DNA from: Octopus sinensis
Lineage: Eukaryota
Length of the DNA stretch: 64,000 nt
Reading direction: 5' to 3'
Assembly: GCF_006345805.1 (NCBI RefSeq)
Contig: NC_043010.1
Span: forward strand, 1,860,001-1,924,000
Shown: positions 62,862 to 64,000 of the stretch, piece by piece
How the letters are laid out: each line of letters begins with the position of its first letter
Numbering within the stretch: the stretch's first letter is position 1
The notes under the pieces: model-generated
What the model saw: only the letters and a program-made list of their open reading frames with translations
Database searches by the model: none
What the model was told of the DNA's origin: nothing
Program-made: the position numbers and the translations under genes

Positions 62862-64000
62862 TATATGATGATGATATATAGTATGATAGGAAGAATATTT
62901 TTTATTAACACTATGGCTTGTCTCAGTCACACTTTAATAATTCACCTCTCTCTGTATATAGGATATCACATGTTATCACATTTCAAATACTTTATATCTG
63001 CATATTATGCACATTTTTTTCATGAAAGAAAATGGGATTTCCATGATGGGGACTTTACTGGTGGAAGCTATAAAAGCAAACCTTTTGTAAAGTTCAAAGG
63101 TCATTTTCAACTTTACTTTCTGTTTAGACAGCATAAACATTTACAGTATATTTTTATATACAGCAATTATAATAAATCTCACTAAACACACTTTTTCCAT
63201 ACATTGTAACCCTAAAGAAAATATACTTCTGATGAAATGTCATTACCCTTAATTACAAATGACTTGTAACACTAATCATTTATTTAAATATTAATGTCAT
63301 TTTATTGTACTCCTGAGCAAAGCCAATTCAATTTACTCTGGTTTAGTTTACAGAACAAAAATGTGATACCACACCTAATTTCCCAGGTGAAGCTAGTTGG
63401 GACTTTAAAGAGAATCTACCTGTAAATACACCTGTTCTAACACAATCACCCTAACAGAGAGAGAAAAATGCAAAAATGGTGGAAGAAATAGATATAAAAC
63501 CAGAAAGGATGTGTGGTTCAGGTTTGATTCCACTGCACAGCACCTGATTCAAGTGTCTTCTTCTATAGTCTTAGATTTACCAATACTTTGTGAGAAGAAT
63601 TTGTAGAAAGGAAATTGTGCAGAAGCCCATCAGATATAGGCACAAGCATAAATTCATGAGGTTTAGAGTTTTATCCCACTGCACAACACTTTGATAAAAT
63701 ATTGTCTATTATGGCCCCATCAGAATCAATTCCTTGTGAGGGAAATTGGGAGAAACTTCAGGAAGCCTGACATAAATGTGTGTGTGAATGCTTGTGTTGG
63801 ATGCAAATGTTACCACTTGACCAAAACAGAGATGATATCAACATTCCTAATTGACTTTACAATTGGTCTTACTGTTCTTTCAAAGACCTCTGGTATAAAT
63901 TAACAGAAAAAGTACCTAACCATTAAATTCTTGCCTCAAATAACACTCCATCCAGCCTGAAAGATGTATATACGATTGTGTTTATATATATTTATATATA

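Overview
AT-rich, repeat-saturated eukaryotic DNA, most likely intronic or intergenic. The SINE families and microsatellite load look like an octopus (coleoid cephalopod) genome; that is inference from recalled repeat sequences, not a database result. I cannot recognise any host protein-coding gene. Nearly all ORFs in the supplied track are artefacts of (TA)n/(CA)n/trinucleotide tracts or SINEs. The recognisable protein remnants are all transposon-derived: a decayed Tc1 transposase (18.7-19.7 kb), mariner fragments (4.2 kb, 33.6-34.4 kb), an RTE-type LINE C-terminus (2.9-3.1 kb) and a Penelope-like GIY-YIG endonuclease (48.9-49.4 kb). The rest is three main tRNA-headed or LINE-tailed SINE families (my labels A, B, C), mariner/Tc1 MITEs, a 22-bp minisatellite, two near-perfect tandem duplications and low-complexity tracts. 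The most interesting signal is a set of hammerhead-ribozyme motifs from several sequence families. One, at 62513-62560 on the minus strand, appears structurally complete; others at 1.7, 2.2, 6.5, 6.9, 8.6 and 48.7 kb are decayed. They sit in short (TA)n-associated elements consistent with Penelope pseudo-LTR or retrozyme-like relics. There is also a possible non-coding first exon and promoter of a minus-strand gene at about 56.0-57.5 kb. Most repeat boundaries are approximate (about +/-10-20 bp).
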